Notes: generated by a model from the letters alone, not told the origin. A stretch of 64,000 nt of DNA from Haliotis cracherodii (GCF_022045235.1 NW_027266286.1:70494001-70558000), one strand, 5' to 3'. Shown: positions 27,696-40,655, counted from the stretch's first letter. Numbers and translations: made by a program.

Positions 27696-28541
27696 AACCG
27701 GTTAAGACCAATCTGAAGCCAGTAAAAGTAATCACATTGTTGATGAAAAAATCAGATATGGACTCACATTATCCACTTTCGCACTTGCCAAATGGTTTAT
27801 ACCCAAACTGTACCAGTGTGTTCTACATGGCATGAGTGTACTGTGTCCTTCAAACAGTGTCGCAGTGTACTCCGCAAACATGACTGAAATCGAAATCTTC
27901 CTCAATATTAACTTCCGTGATTAGAGTTCAAAATCAAAATCTTAAAATGCGTGTTTCACCTTCCCTATTCAAGTAATAAGCCAGTTGTGAGGTGGTGGCC
28001 GGTAAATAACCGAGTCTGGGACAATCAAACCAGTTATTGATCTGCGCAACGATGTGCGCCGTCCGGGTGCGACAGTACGCAATCAACCAATACGCTGAGT
28101 CTGACCATGCGACCCATTCAGTCGCCTCCTACGACCAGCATAGGTTGCCGGGGATCAATTCTAAATCGAAATCACCATGGATCCCAATTATGTCATCTCT
28201 TACGACTAGCAATAGGGTGCTGGGGACACATTGTTCCCCGTGTTCCCCACTTTTATTCGACTAATCCTGATCATCACCTTTACTTGATTGACCAATCCAT
28301 AATGATGACCATCACTTAATCGCCACCGGTCTGAACTGAACTGAACCTTTATTTACACTCAGACCGCTATCAGCGGCATCAGAGGTACAAAATATTTCAA
28401 CAGCATAATACATATACATGTAAATATAGAACAGAATTTTTTTAAAAACATCTTTGCCGAGTATGCAAGCATATGTATACAGATTCACTAGGGTAGCAAT
28501 ATATGTGCAATTCAATAAGAGGGAGAGTAACTTCAACAATG

Positions 28542-28702
28542 GGTAGCCTAGTGGTTAAAGCGTTCGCTCGTCACGCCGAAGATCCGGGTTCGAATCCCGG
28601 CATGGTTACAATGTATGAAGCTCATTTCTGGTGTCCCCCGCCGTGATATTGCTGGAATATTGCTAAAAGCGGCGTAAAGTCAAACTCACTCACACTCTCA
28701 CT
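28542..28702 (+). mobile_element. SINE family A
   Basis: A/B boxes; TSD ACTTCAACAATG; absent from copy 1. Confidence 0.9.
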
Positions 28703-29307
28703 ACTTCAACAATGACATGATGATTTACAGAATTTGGACAATTTTCTCAATGTTCCCAATCGTGAAGGGAATGACTTTCAACCTTAACATGCTGTCTTAT
28801 AAAGGGACATAACTCTTGGGTCCCTAGTGGACAGTGCGGTAATGACTGTAAAATTTGCTTGATTGTCACATTATATTTGTAAGTACTCACATATGTTCTG
28901 ATAGGGCAATTAGAAACAATTCAACTGAGGTCGTAATGTAATAGGCAATTCTTCTTGAGGACATGGGGCACGGAAGAAATACCTGATTCTCATAAAATGT
29001 TACAAATACACATGTTATGTCCCGAAAGAGGCAAAAAATGCGATCTACTAACATTAAAAGCCAATTTCTATGTAAAGATACCAAGCAAGCTAATAGTCGG
29101 GACGAAAAAGTAAGTTCGTTATATCCATCAGTTCGTTATCAGCGTGTACGTTATAAGCGTGGTTTTTAATGTACACATATAATATCTTGAAAAAAGGAAA
29201 ATAATCGACTCGCCCGGCTAGCTCCAGCCGGAAAAAATATTGTTTTGCGCACGTGACTTTGACATTATACACAAACGTGGCGATGCAATGCAGCCTTATA
29301 ACTATAC

Positions 29308-29489
29308 GGGGTGGTCGGGTAGCCTAGTGGTTAAAGCGTTCGCTCGTCACGCCGAAGACCCGGGTTCTAATCCCGACATGGGTACAATGTGTGAAGCCCA
29401 TTTCTGATGTCCCCCGCCGTGATATTGCTGGAATATTGCTAAAAGCGGCGTAAAACCAAACTCACTCACTCACTCACTCACTCACTCAC
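29308..29489 (+). mobile_element. SINE family A (short tRNA head, (CACT)n tail)
   Basis: A box TAGCCTAGTGG, B box GGTTCTAATCC, 12-bp TSD TTATAAC(T/C)ATAC; absent from copy 1. Confidence 0.9.
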
Positions 29490-29861
29490 TTATAACCATA
29501 CTGTTTCCGTGTGCGTTGTCTTCAAATCAAAGTATGCTGCAAGTTTCGTTTAGCACTGAATAACTGGTCTTAAAAATATCCGTTATGTTATACGAACTAT
29601 ATGCGGCTGGTTCTGTTCTTACTCGTTTCACAATGAATTCCTGTCTCTACTCCAGTACTGTTACTGTTCTAGGTATTATGTGGTTACAGAAGAACAGCGC
29701 GAGACAGTTACTGCCTTATTACGCATCAGTAATTTTGCAGATATTGTCACGGGAACAACACGTGGGATACGAAGGGATCTGGCACCTCTTGGAGATAAAC
29801 TGTTGCAAAATCCTCGACCTACTGAATCGAATCAGAAACCAATTTAGTTTCGTTTACTCAC

Positions 29862-29960
29862 CTCTTCAGAAATAAGAACAACAGGCAACTGTAGCTTAGG
29901 TTTTTGCTGTGTGTCTCGTGGTGAAATGTACGACTCCCTTCCTGGTTGGTGTGTTTATAA
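29862..29960 (-). promoter_or_regulatory. TATA box plus candidate non-coding first exon, most likely of TLR-A
   Basis: On the minus strand: TATAAA (29954-29959), a CATTTC initiator-like motif ~30 nt downstream, then GAAGAG|GTGAGT. The next ~130 nt are homologous to the start of the TLR-C intron. Confidence 0.55.
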
Positions 29961-30903
29961 GTTATGGCATCGATTGACGATAACTTTGTTTGCTTGTCAG
30001 AAAGCTTTGTATGTAAGGAAAAGGATGAAATTAACACATTGATTTTATTAACTTTGAATTCAACATTTTTTTTAGAAGACTTCTTCGTGGTCAGGGGGTT
30101 TGGGTGGCCAAGCGGTCAAATGTGCTGCTATTGTGCTGCAATTGCCTTTGCTCATGAGTAAACGCCTGAAGTCTGCGTCACTTCGATCTTTCTCCTCAAA
30201 TTGTATTCAAAGCGGCGCTAAAGTCAACTAACTCAATAACTCATAAAAAAACGTTCGCTCTTCATGGCGAAGACTTGGGTACGAATCTCCACATGGGTAC
30301 AATGTGTGAAGCCCGTTTCTGGTGTCCCCCGCTTTGATTTTGCTGGAATATTGTTAAAAGCGGCATAAAATGAAACTAACTCACTCATATTAATAATGCA
30401 TGGATAGTAACCGGTGAAAAGGATATTTGGAATGTAAATTCAGGGGATATTGTTTGTTGTTTAACGCCGCACTCAGCAATATTCAAGCTATTTGACGGCG
30501 GTCTGTAAATAATCGAGTCTGGACGAGATAATCCAGTGACTGACACTATGAGCATCGATCTACGCAATTAGGATACGATGACATGTATCAACCAAGTCAG
30601 CCAGCCTGACCACCCGATCCCGTTAGTCGCCTCTAACGACAAGCACAGTCGCCTTTTATGGAAATAGTCACTGAGTTTACGCCACCAATTGCAATGACAC
30701 CGACAATGAGCATCACACGTCGTGTAGGAAGGAAGACCATAGAAGAGCCCCAGATTCAACATCAATACTATTTTGTACTAATGCAGGAATAATCATAGAA
30801 GCTCATATTTTCACATTTTATCCATTAACCAATATCTCTGCTGGTTTAGCAAAGATGAACAACATATGACGAAGGCCTTGGGCATTTACCTTCTCAATAT
30901 AAG

Positions 30904-31185
30904 TGAGTGAGTGAGTGAGTTTGGTTTAACGCCGCTTTTAACAGTATTCCAGTTATATCGCGGCGTGTCAGCTTAATGTGGGAGGAAAGCCCGAAGTGAT
31001 GCAGGTCTCAGACGTTTACCACTTCGGTGAAACCCACGAGCACGGGTATGGTGCTGACAAACCTAGAAACATAATCGGGGCGAACCGGGATTCGAACCCA
31101 CAATCATAGGTTTCTGGCGTGCCTAAGGGACGCAACTCTGCACAGCGAATCGCGGCGCCTTAGACGACTGGGCCACCCGTGCCCC
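30904..31185 (-). mobile_element. SINE family B
   Basis: 14-bp TSD CTTCTCAATATAAG. Confidence 0.9.
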
Positions 31186-31221
31186 CTTCTCAATATAAGA
31201 ATTTGGCTTCTAAGTATCATA

Positions 31222-31490
31222 GACCCGTGAAGATCTTGGGTAGAATAGGTCTTCAGCAACCCATGCTTGCCGTAAAAGGCGACTATGCTTGTCGTAAGAG
31301 GCGACTAAAGGGATCGGGTGGTCAGGCTCTCTGACATGGTTGATGCATGTCATCGATCCCAATTGCGAGGATCGATGCTCATAATGTCAATCACTGGACT
31401 GTCTGGTCCGTACTCGACTATTTACAGACCGCCGTCATATAGTTGGAATATTGCTGAGTGCGGCGTTAAACAACAAACCAAACCAAAACC
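31222..31490 (+). mobile_element. Short retroposon family C
   Basis: Full-length copy, followed by a partial copy at ~31518-31640. Confidence 0.85.
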
Positions 31491-32065
31491 AATTGTATTA
31501 CCTTACATTTATCATACGGCGACTATGCTTGTGTAAGAGGCGACAAACAGGATAAGGTGGTCAGACTCGCTGACTTGGTTGATGCATGTCTTCGTATCTC
31601 ATTTGCGTAGATCGATGCGCATGATGTCAATTACTGGATATTCTGTGCCTACTTTGACATCCGAGCTTACCTATAAAAGATTACTGCTGAGTCTACTCTG
31701 AGCTATTCTGACAAGTCGAGTCACAGCATCGGTAACTCTGTCCTGTGAAGCTGGTTATGCAACAGGTTATTTGAACTGATGTTCTTGAAACCTTGTTAGA
31801 CTGGCGTCGTGGCATTTATTTACTTATGTTTGTTTTGATACTCTCTGTGTATTTAGATCAGATCAGTGGTATAATAGAACTGATAGGTTACTATCACTGT
31901 TGCTAACGCTGTGTGAGTTCACTTGTAGAGTCACTTGCAGCCTTGAGTTTACTTGAAGGTTAATGTTCTTGCTTGGTATTTTGCGTAGTGTTAAAAAAAG
32001 CCTTAAACTTCAGTTTAGTTTATTCTACCAAATAGAATGAATGAATGAATGTAATGTTTTTTCTC

Positions 32066-32370
32066 TGTTACGTGTCGATTCCTAGATTGAAACAATATGT
32101 TAATCCAGAAATCTACACGCAAAAGAAATGTGTGAAACCAACAAACAACCAACAAGTGGTATAAAATCAACAAATGTATTACAAAATTATTACAAAAAAA
32201 GTTTACAAATCAGCACACATTACTGATCAGCAATTATAATGGCAGTAAACAATAGAGTGGTGGTTTAATATTCAATGGAAATTGATAATATGATGGCAGT
32301 GGTCAGTATCAAATACAAAAATACAGTAGTGACAGCAAAAGTCAGTTATTATAATATATATATTCACCAA
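32066..32370. repeat. Unclassified interspersed repeat, also at ~38294-38590
   Basis: Shared start (T/G)GTTACGTGTCGA..AGATTGAAACAATA; the TG start is LTR-like but no second terminus was identified. Confidence 0.4.
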
Positions 32371-33039
32371 GCGGCGACAGTCATCAAGCTTCCGAGATTG
32401 GCTAGGCAGGGAATCGGGAATGATGAGCGATCCTCACACGAAGGCGTGATGAAAATCGTGTGTGTCCCGCAAACACGCCACGGCCCAAAACCTACCCAGC
32501 CACTGGAAGGTTCCAAACAGTACTCACAACATAGAACATTACAAACATTTCCATATGTTTCAATAACATCCTCTCACAGTCCGCGGTGCACGGACCGGAA
32601 CTTTACACACCACACTAGCATCTAAAAAATTTAACTTCCTGGCGACTGCTTACATTGCCCAAATACAATGCAATGAGCGTCTACCGAATCTCAACAGAAA
32701 CAGTGTTATAATCATTGTTAAACAATACAATAAACTGCCATATAACTACACCAAATTCTTTGATGTACAAGTTTTCTGCAGATGTTATGTTATCTCGATA
32801 TGTACGTTTTTACTCCACTTGTCCTTAGATAGGAAAAGGTCAGTTTCTACATTGGCCAGAACACTTTTTTCAAGGCATATCTGTTTCATTTTTTCAATCT
32901 CAGCTGTCATCGACCACAATCCCAGTGTCTTAATAGTTGCAAGTGTCGGATATCTTACATGAAACATTTGTACAGTACCTGCAAAGTAGCGACTGTGTAT
33001 TATATGCCTGGCTTTCGCCTGCATACCAAATAGTTTTTC

Positions 33040-33600
33040 AGGAGTAGTCCGTTGTGCCATGTGCAAACAAACGTCTCCCGATCACGTCCCAGACGAGCTC
33101 ACAGGGGGGGAAAGGTCAGAACTCATGCCTTGCATTGCATTATTGTTATCTTTGGCTGCTTAAGGTAGTCAGTTACTATACGTGCACAGTGGATGTGTCA
33201 CTCGTGAGTGACACAACGGACCAGCATAGTTCGAAAACGACATAATCTTTGGCGCAAGTGTGTTGTAACTGTAGTACTGCCGAGTGACCCATCAATGGAC
33301 AATATGCAGTCCCTTTCATTCTGGCACTCATATAGCATTCAGGGTTTCCCTGTGCTTGTAACAGCAGAAAAAGAAAACACTCGAGCGGAATGTTAGCCAC
33401 CATGAATATGTATCAGACCCATTACATTCCATGGAGGAAGGGTGTTGGTGTTGGGTGCACTTATTATGATAGCTGCAACAAATCGAAACTTCAGAAGAAT
33501 ATCATAAGTAGGGCTTTTCTTACCGCCGTCTAAACAGATTGCTTTTCGCGAACACCTCGTGTCATCACTGATTTTCAGCGGTCTATTCATATACTTTTCA
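33040..33600 (-). mobile_element. Decayed Tc1-type transposase (duplicate)
   Basis: HCARIVTDYLKQ (cf. PHxARIV), ELVWDVIGRRL and ISDDTR fragments in shifting frames. Confidence 0.65.
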
Positions 33601-34834
33601 GAGCTGTTTTCCCTTTGCGACAAATGGAATCTGTTTGGGCGGATATTCTCTTGCATTGACAATTTATATTTGACAATAAAAATATCAGCTTACTGCCACG
33701 AATCCAGTTCAAGGCATTTTATCAACTTTCCAACCAATTTTTTCACGATGAAAACGCGTAAACTAAAAAACAACAAAAGGGTCTGGCCTGACAGTGTTGT
33801 TGTCATACTAAGTCTATGAACCAGGAAGAGCACAGAGAAAAGTAATTTTAACATGACACTGTAGAGGCATGTTCCTGCAGAAGTCAGACTGTTGTTTATT
33901 CAATAGGTCATATCCATTTCATCATACATTGACTGCACAAACAAAAAAGCTTTAAACTTTAAATTTACTCACCCCACTTTTGATGCATGTATATGATTTG
34001 TATGCGGTTCCTAATGTTTCATGTATAATTCTACACTGAAATATTTTGTGGCAGAGGGACATCCTCAACTCAGCATACATACATTGTCAAGTTGAGTACA
34101 TGTTGAGTTTTACGCTGTTTCGTGACAGTGTGTGACACAACGATGGTATTATCATTTGACGGAAAGTGGATGAAGCTGTCGTTCAATATTGCCCTGAGCT
34201 TAGAAACAGGCCAACAATTAATTTCTTTCCTCCTTTCCAATCTGGCAAGCGCCATTGTGCGGATTCCGCGGTATCGAAGGACACTATAATCTCAATCTGG
34301 TCATAAGAGTGAGTGATTGTGGTTTTATGCTGATTATAGCATTATTCCAGAAATATCTCATCGTGGAACACCAGAAATGGATATTGTATGTTTGTGGGGA
34401 ATCGAACCCAAAGGATAAGCAAACGCTGTAATCGCTAGGCTACCCCAACGCCACTGTCATAATAGTTAACTAATGTCAGCTTGTTGTAAGGAGTGAACTA
34501 GATGACTTTGTGTCTTAATTACACAAAGTAATTAGCCATATGTAAAACAATATTCACTCACAATCTCATGTGATTTGAGTTACGTTATGATGATCATGTC
34601 AGAAGTGATCACACCATTTAGATTTAACAAAAGCGTCTTAGCGATGACATAAAATATTCAATAACCTCAATAATCAAATCAAACACACCACAACCAACAA
34701 GGAATCTGTTTTAGCTGATAATTGGTTATTCTCTGGCGATGACATCTATTATTATTTTACATATCGTGATCTTCTGCACAGCCTCTGTGTCATGAACGTA
34801 ATCGTAGAACCAATAGAGATTAATATCTTCCCGA

Positions 34835-34985
34835 NNNNNNNNNNNNNNNNNNNNNNNNNNNNNNNNNNNNNNNNNNNNNNNNNNNNNNNNNNNNNNNNNN
34901 NNNNNNNNNNNNNNNNNNNNNNNNNNNNNNNNNNNNNNNNNNNNNNNNNNNNNNNNNNNNNNNNNNNNNNNNNNNNNNNNNNNNN
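34835..34985. other. Assembly gap (151 N)
   Basis: N run; the matching interval in copy 1 (~13382-13431) is only ~50 bp. Confidence 1.
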
Positions 34986-35712
34986 GTTCTGAAAAACAAC
35001 GTCTTGTGGGTCTACAGTTGTCATTTCAACAAAAACATAGTAAATCTTGAAGCGCTGAAAATATATTCATATATTCCTAGTCATTGGTCAGATTGGCCAA
35101 GCTTCATCAAAATGGGTTTTCTGTTCCATATCTATGTAGCTCATGACAATCAACCGAGTCTGACCACCTGATCCATTCAATCGCCTCGTTCTCCATGCAT
35201 AGTTTTCTGGGGACTTACAATTGTAGACATGCATTAGTTACAGTTCAAATTATATGACATAAATATGTTTTACTATAGTTTGGGTTGTGAAGGAATATGT
35301 GAAACCGTGATTAATTTAATGTGAATAAAACACATGTTTACTTCAGCAAAACACAACGTATTCACTTACAAAACACTGCAATAATTCTTTGTACAACATG
35401 CACGTAATATATATCCACTTCAGAATTAATCCCTGGCAGTGGTTCATAAAAAGCTTCCTAAACATCTGGAGACGAATACAATAGACGGTTCTGGGATGTG
35501 ACATCCTACAGAAAATACCTGTATGTAATGTACATCCACTCCAAGATGAATCCCCGGCAGTGGTTCACAACAGGCCTCCTGGACGTAAGGTACTACAGAA
35601 AATACCTTTAGAGATCCTGATCAGTATATGGTAACACGAATGAAAAAAGACATTGCATCACTGCCTCTTTTACCCAGCCTAGTTACCGATTATCATACCA
35701 CTTATTAAGCCA

Positions 35713-38169
35713 TTATTGTTTCAAATTTGCAATCTGTCTCAGATGTTTCCACAACGCTGTCTGATCCTCAGGGTATTCGTCCACGTGTATTATAAATTCC
35801 TCTTCAACCATGTTTAACAGACACTGAGGAAGGTCCTCTGCTTCAATGTCACCAACCAGTAAGATCAATATCCGGTTAGGAATGAGGACAGTCATGGAGT
35901 ATATTGCTGCATTGATGGTGAAATGTGACCAGGCAGAGGGGTCGTCAAGGAAATCATGTGATACAACAAGAACGGTCTTCCAACTTTTGTTAACACCTTC
36001 TATAATTCCGTCAGCAATGTCATGACCCGGAAGTACTTCACGATCTTTTAAGAAGAGACGCACAGGGTGATTACAAAGCTCTAATGCAGGCCGAAGTTTC
36101 CGATAAACAAAAGGAATGTCAGCTTCACAATATCCAATATAGAGTGTGAAAGAAAAGTCTTTTCGAGTTAGATACTTGACCCCAAACCCAAGTATTCCCA
36201 TGAGAATATTTTTTAATCTAGTTGGGTTTTTGGAGATATGGTAAAATATCAAAATAGACGTAAGGAAGACAGTCAGGCATGTGACTGTGAGAGTTAGGAT
36301 CCATTTACCAGTACAGTGACGATAGATGCTCATGTAATCCCTGACAACCTCAACGGTTCTTGTCATTTGTCCATTGTCCTGAATACAAGGGAAATTCCTG
36401 TCAGACTCATAAATTACTGGTGAGTCCATCAACCACAGGATAAAGTCCAGATTTTCACAGCCGCAAGAAAATATGTTGCCTTGAACTATGACCTTCAGAC
36501 TGTTTCTTTCAGCTGAGAAATCCAAGTCAGATTGTGTATACTTATCCAAATGTCCTATCATATTATATGACATGTCCAGAAGCGTGAGACGTGGAAAAGT
36601 AGCTGTCACAATGGGAATGGTATCAAATTTGTTTTGCGAAAGATGAAGATATTTGATTCTATTTTGATTTAGGATGAATGGGAATAATTGTAGGCCATTC
36701 AACGAAAGATCCAAATATACCACTAATTTAAGAGCACCAAATATATTTCGAGCTCTTAGCACATCATTGGCAAATTGTAAGTTGCAATCTTTCAAAGACA
36801 ACGTTTTGACGTTTGAAAATGACTTAAAAAAGTCTTCAGTTACATTGCCAAGTTTGTTTCCAGATAAGTCAACGTGACTTACATTTTCCAACCCTTTCAC
36901 ACGAGCAGGATCATGTTGTTGGTTGTATCCAAAAAGCAATGTGTCAAGATTTTTTGTATTTGTAAACGTGACTTCATCATACGTATCTGACAACATGAAT
37001 GTTTCTGTTGCATCAAAATAATGGAGTTTTGGGGGTAGCATCAGCGTGAGGTTCCCCTTTTTCCTCCCTTCTGCTCCTTCCCATCCGCTTATAGTTCCAT
37101 CATATGTATGATGTTGATGACTTAAGTCCAGGTATCTCATTTGTGAGAACACCGCAACGAATAACACAAAACGTGCATCTCCAATGAGACGGTTTTCTGA
37201 GAGATCAAACACTTCCAAACATTCACGAATTGGTGACTTGTTGAAAGAACCTGTTTCAATTAAACATATCCGGTTACCTTTCAAGGACAACTCCGAAACA
37301 CATATCTGAATCAAAAAGCGTGTGCTGTGTTCTGTTAGGATACGGTCATCTACATCTTCCTTGAAGCAAGCTGGGGTTTTAAATGTGTTGTTCAACCATA
37401 TTCTTGTCATGTTCCTTCCAACAAGAGGATAAAGAAGATGTAAAACATTTTGGATACCGATGGCATTGTTGGTTAGTTCCAGATGTTTGAGGAAGGGCAA
37501 CGGTTCAAGAACACCAGTCTCACTCAACGTTAAATGGTGACAGTGATTTAGAAGGAGTACCTCAAGTTTAGTTTCATTTAAACTTTGAAACGTTCCATTT
37601 GTTAATTTTTCTAATGAACAATGACCACCATCCATCTTGAGAACTTTGAGATTTGTCAGTTTGGAGAATCCAGACCCAAAGACAGCATCTGGAACGGGGT
37701 CAATGTACAGGCTGTGGAGCTTGGTGAGGGGAGCTAACACCAAATCTGGATATGCTTTCATCTTATTATTCTCAAGATTGAGTGTATGCAAATTCCCAAG
37801 GTCTCGGAAAAGTCCTTCGGGTAAGCAGTTGTTGTGCTGTGAGAGTTTGTTACTAGCAAGAAGCAGAGTGGTCAGACTGAATACCCCCACCAAGGCATCA
37901 GGCTCCATAGTGATAAGTAAGTTATTGTTCAGGTTTATGTGCGTAAGACAGTTTAAGTTTTGAAATGTCATATTTCTCAGAACTGTTATCTGATTGTCAC
38001 TGATGTCAAGAGAGGTAATATTCCGTGGGAGGTCGTCAGGAACTTGCAGGAGTTGTCTCCCTCTACAGTCAACAAACTCGCCATTTTGGTCATGGAAAGT
38101 ACAGACGTGTGTGTTGACTTTGGAGATCCTTACTGCAACGATTATGAGAATTCCGATTGCCGCTGCCAT
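35713..38169 (-). CDS. TLR: Toll-like receptor TLR-B, 818 aa
   Basis: Same architecture as TLR-A with a nearly identical LRR-CT/TIR. Acceptor TTTTTCCAG (AG at 38175-38176) 5 nt before the ATG. Confidence 0.95.
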   Translation of the reverse strand: MAAAIGILIIVAVRISKVNTHVCTFHDQNGEFVDCRGRQLLQVPDDLPRNITSLDISDNQITVLRNMTFQNLNCLTHINLNNNLLITMEPDALVGVFSLTTLLLASNKLSQHNNCLPEGLFRDLGNLHTLNLENNKMKAYPDLVLAPLTKLHSLYIDPVPDAVFGSGFSKLTNLKVLKMDGGHCSLEKLTNGTFQSLNETKLEVLLLNHCHHLTLSETGVLEPLPFLKHLELTNNAIGIQNVLHLLYPLVGRNMTRIWLNNTFKTPACFKEDVDDRILTEHSTRFLIQICVSELSLKGNRICLIETGSFNKSPIRECLEVFDLSENRLIGDARFVLFVAVFSQMRYLDLSHQHHTYDGTISGWEGAEGRKKGNLTLMLPPKLHYFDATETFMLSDTYDEVTFTNTKNLDTLLFGYNQQHDPARVKGLENVSHVDLSGNKLGNVTEDFFKSFSNVKTLSLKDCNLQFANDVLRARNIFGALKLVVYLDLSLNGLQLFPFILNQNRIKYLHLSQNKFDTIPIVTATFPRLTLLDMSYNMIGHLDKYTQSDLDFSAERNSLKVIVQGNIFSCGCENLDFILWLMDSPVIYESDRNFPCIQDNGQMTRTVEVVRDYMSIYRHCTGKWILTLTVTCLTVFLTSILIFYHISKNPTRLKNILMGILGFGVKYLTRKDFSFTLYIGYCEADIPFVYRKLRPALELCNHPVRLFLKDREVLPGHDIADGIIEGVNKSWKTVLVVSHDFLDDPSAWSHFTINAAIYSMTVLIPNRILILLVGDIEAEDLPQCLLNMVEEEFIIHVDEYPEDQTALWKHLRQIANLKQ

Positions 38170-38431
38170 TATGTCTGGAAAAAGAATAAACGAGAAGGTG
38201 ATGACTTCCCAACAACGTTTATAATGACATTTTAATCACCATTTGATTCTGACATGTGTATAATTTGTATGCGTGCTATTTTAAAGAACACTTGGTTACG
38301 TGTCGACTTTCAGATTGAAACAATAAGTTAACTAGGAAATCTTTACTCAAAATAATTCAGTGTGAAATCAACAATGAAATGTTTTTTTCAATTAACAACT
38401 GTATTATAAAATTAACTAGGTAATTACAATG

Positions 38432-38520
38432 ACAGTACACTCTAGAGTACAATTTAATGGCAGTACACTCTAGAGTACAATTTAATGTCAGTACATTCTG
38501 GAGTACAATTTAATGGCAGT
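38432..38520. repeat. 28-bp tandem repeat x3
   Basis: CAGTACACTCTAGAGTACAATTTAATG(G/T). Confidence 0.85.
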
Positions 38521-39652
38521 TCAATTACAATGGCAGAATGAAACACAATAGCAGTGGCGATACCAAGTCAGTGATTATAATATTAACCTAGCAGCATGTG
38601 CAAGTAATAATTCGCGTTTCAGGTTCCTTTGTAGGGACAACAAAGTAAGATAAACTGTGGAATAGTTCTTCAACGGAGCTAAAAAACGTACATGAGAAAA
38701 ATCACAACTGCTATTTAAACATAAACATGATATACATTATTATTTGTTTTCAATCAATGTTAATAAATGACAAATTGCTTTGTATGTTTTAACGCTTCAC
38801 TATTCAAGTAATCTTCCAGCTATGAAACGGTGGCTTGTAAATAAACGAGTCTGGGTTGAGGTGTTTTTGCTTGTTAGTTTAGCACCGCATTCAGCAATAT
38901 TTCGGCTGTATTACGGCGGCCTGTCAAGGCCGGACAATCAAGTGAATGATATTTTGAGCAACGTTCCACCAAGTTGGGATAAGTTTAATCGCAATCAGCC
39001 AAGTACCAGAATCTGACAAGTAGTTTCATTTAGTCGCCTCTTCCGGCCAGTGCTAGGGATCGCATCTTACGACTACCATGTGGGGCTGGTGATACATTCT
39101 ACCCCGAGTTGCCAGTTTCATTCGAACGATTGTGATGATCACCTTTGATCAGTGGGGGGCCTGGTAAGAATATAGGTCCTCAGCACATTATGCTTGTCTT
39201 CAGAGGCGACTAAATGAATCGGGTGGTCCGGCTTGGTGACATGGTTTATTGCGTATCCATAAGTTCTTGACTAACAAAAATGTATCATATTATATTCATG
39301 TAACATAGCGTCCAACTCAATGCCACAGGGGAGAAATGAGAAAGACTCATAAGACAGCCCTGATATACACCACTAAGAGTATCAAAGTAATGAGAAATAT
39401 ATGTGTATGTTTTACAGCATATTTTACCTCACAATACATTTCCAATAAAACAATAAAATATTTTACCTTAAATCCCTTTCTTTAAAAAATGGTATACGAA
39501 AGACATTTTCTATTTACAGAGTCAAAGCCTTTCTGAAAAAAGCAAATAAATTATAAAACCTACCATTAGTCCTCGACAGATACTTTTGTACTAACACTGT
39601 AATACGAATGTATCATCAACAGTACTAAACAGCGGAAGAGAAACCAACTCAT

Positions 39653-39761
39653 CTCTTTGGAAATATAAAAATAAGACAAACTGTAGCTTACGTTTGTGCT
39701 GTGTCTCGAGGTGAAATGTTGTGTACGACTGGCTCCCTTCTAGCTTAGTGTATATTTATAA
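39653..39761 (-). promoter_or_regulatory. TATA box plus candidate first exon of TLR-B, donor mutated GT>AT
   Basis: Homologous block with TATAAATA (TATAAA at 39755-39760); ends CCAAAGAG|ATGAGT instead of GTGAGT. Confidence 0.5.
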
Positions 39762-40069
39762 GTAGCCTTAGTTGATTTATCTATTTTCCTCATGACCAAT
39801 AGCTTTCCTGAACATTCTAGGTCATATTGTGACGTCAAACAACATTCAATTCATGACAAAGGCAATTGTTCAACAAGCTTAAGGAAGTTATGAATACACA
39901 ATGCCTCAAGGAAGTTGCAGTTATCAGTGTATTTCCTTCTTCCCGTTGATAGTGACGGATAATAACTGACAAAAGAAACCTTTGGAATGCATATAGAGGG
40001 GATATTGAATACAGGAAATGAAAAGGGCATGTATTGAATCCTCGCTGGAAGCATACTGGCGTTCGTGTC

Positions 40070-40339
40070 ACTAACGAGGCTACGTGTCTTCATTATTTGT
40101 CAGAAAAGTATCCAACTGACCCAGTAGACAAGGGAACATGAACCACCTGGTCCTTGCAGAGATCTTCGACTACCTCATACTTTGTCCTACTAACGAGACT
40201 GCGTGTCTTCATTATTTTTCAGAAAAGTATCCAACTGACCCAGTAGACAAGGGAACATGAACCACCTGGTCCTTGCAGAGATCTTGGACTACCTCATACT
40301 TTGTCCTACTAACGAGACTGCGTGTCTTCATTATTTTTC
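40070..40339. repeat. 119-bp tandem repeat x2.3 upstream of the TLR-B promoter
   Basis: ACTAACGAG at 40070, 40189 and 40308. Confidence 0.92.
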
Positions 40340-40610
40340 ATAATGTCATTGCACAACGAGTTAAAAAATGGTGACCAGAGGCCTCTCCAGAATTGGGTTT
40401 CACACAGTGTACCATGTGGGGAGTCGAACTCGGGTCTTCGGCGTGACAATTTAACCACGAGCCATCCCCACGGCCCCTTCGCTATTGTTATCATACAATA
40501 CATGTATACAAGTCTTACTTTATGCAAGCATATATTTTCAAGAAGCTGTGTGCTGGCTCAACACAAGGAGGGTCATGATATTGATAACTCAAAATGAATA
40601 CAGCTTTGTG

Positions 40611-40655
<45 letters not shown>

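Larger units (their letters stand above)
18940..38180. repeat. Tandem segmental duplication, copy 2
   Basis: Colinear with copy 1; has extra SINE insertions, a non-homologous ~30.7-33 kb segment and an N gap. Confidence 0.9.

Noticed and set aside
28542-29489. tRNA genes
   Set aside because: A/B boxes are followed by SINE bodies, tails and TSDs; no complete cloverleaf.
34752-35024. ORFs spanning the N run
   Set aside because: Gap artefacts.
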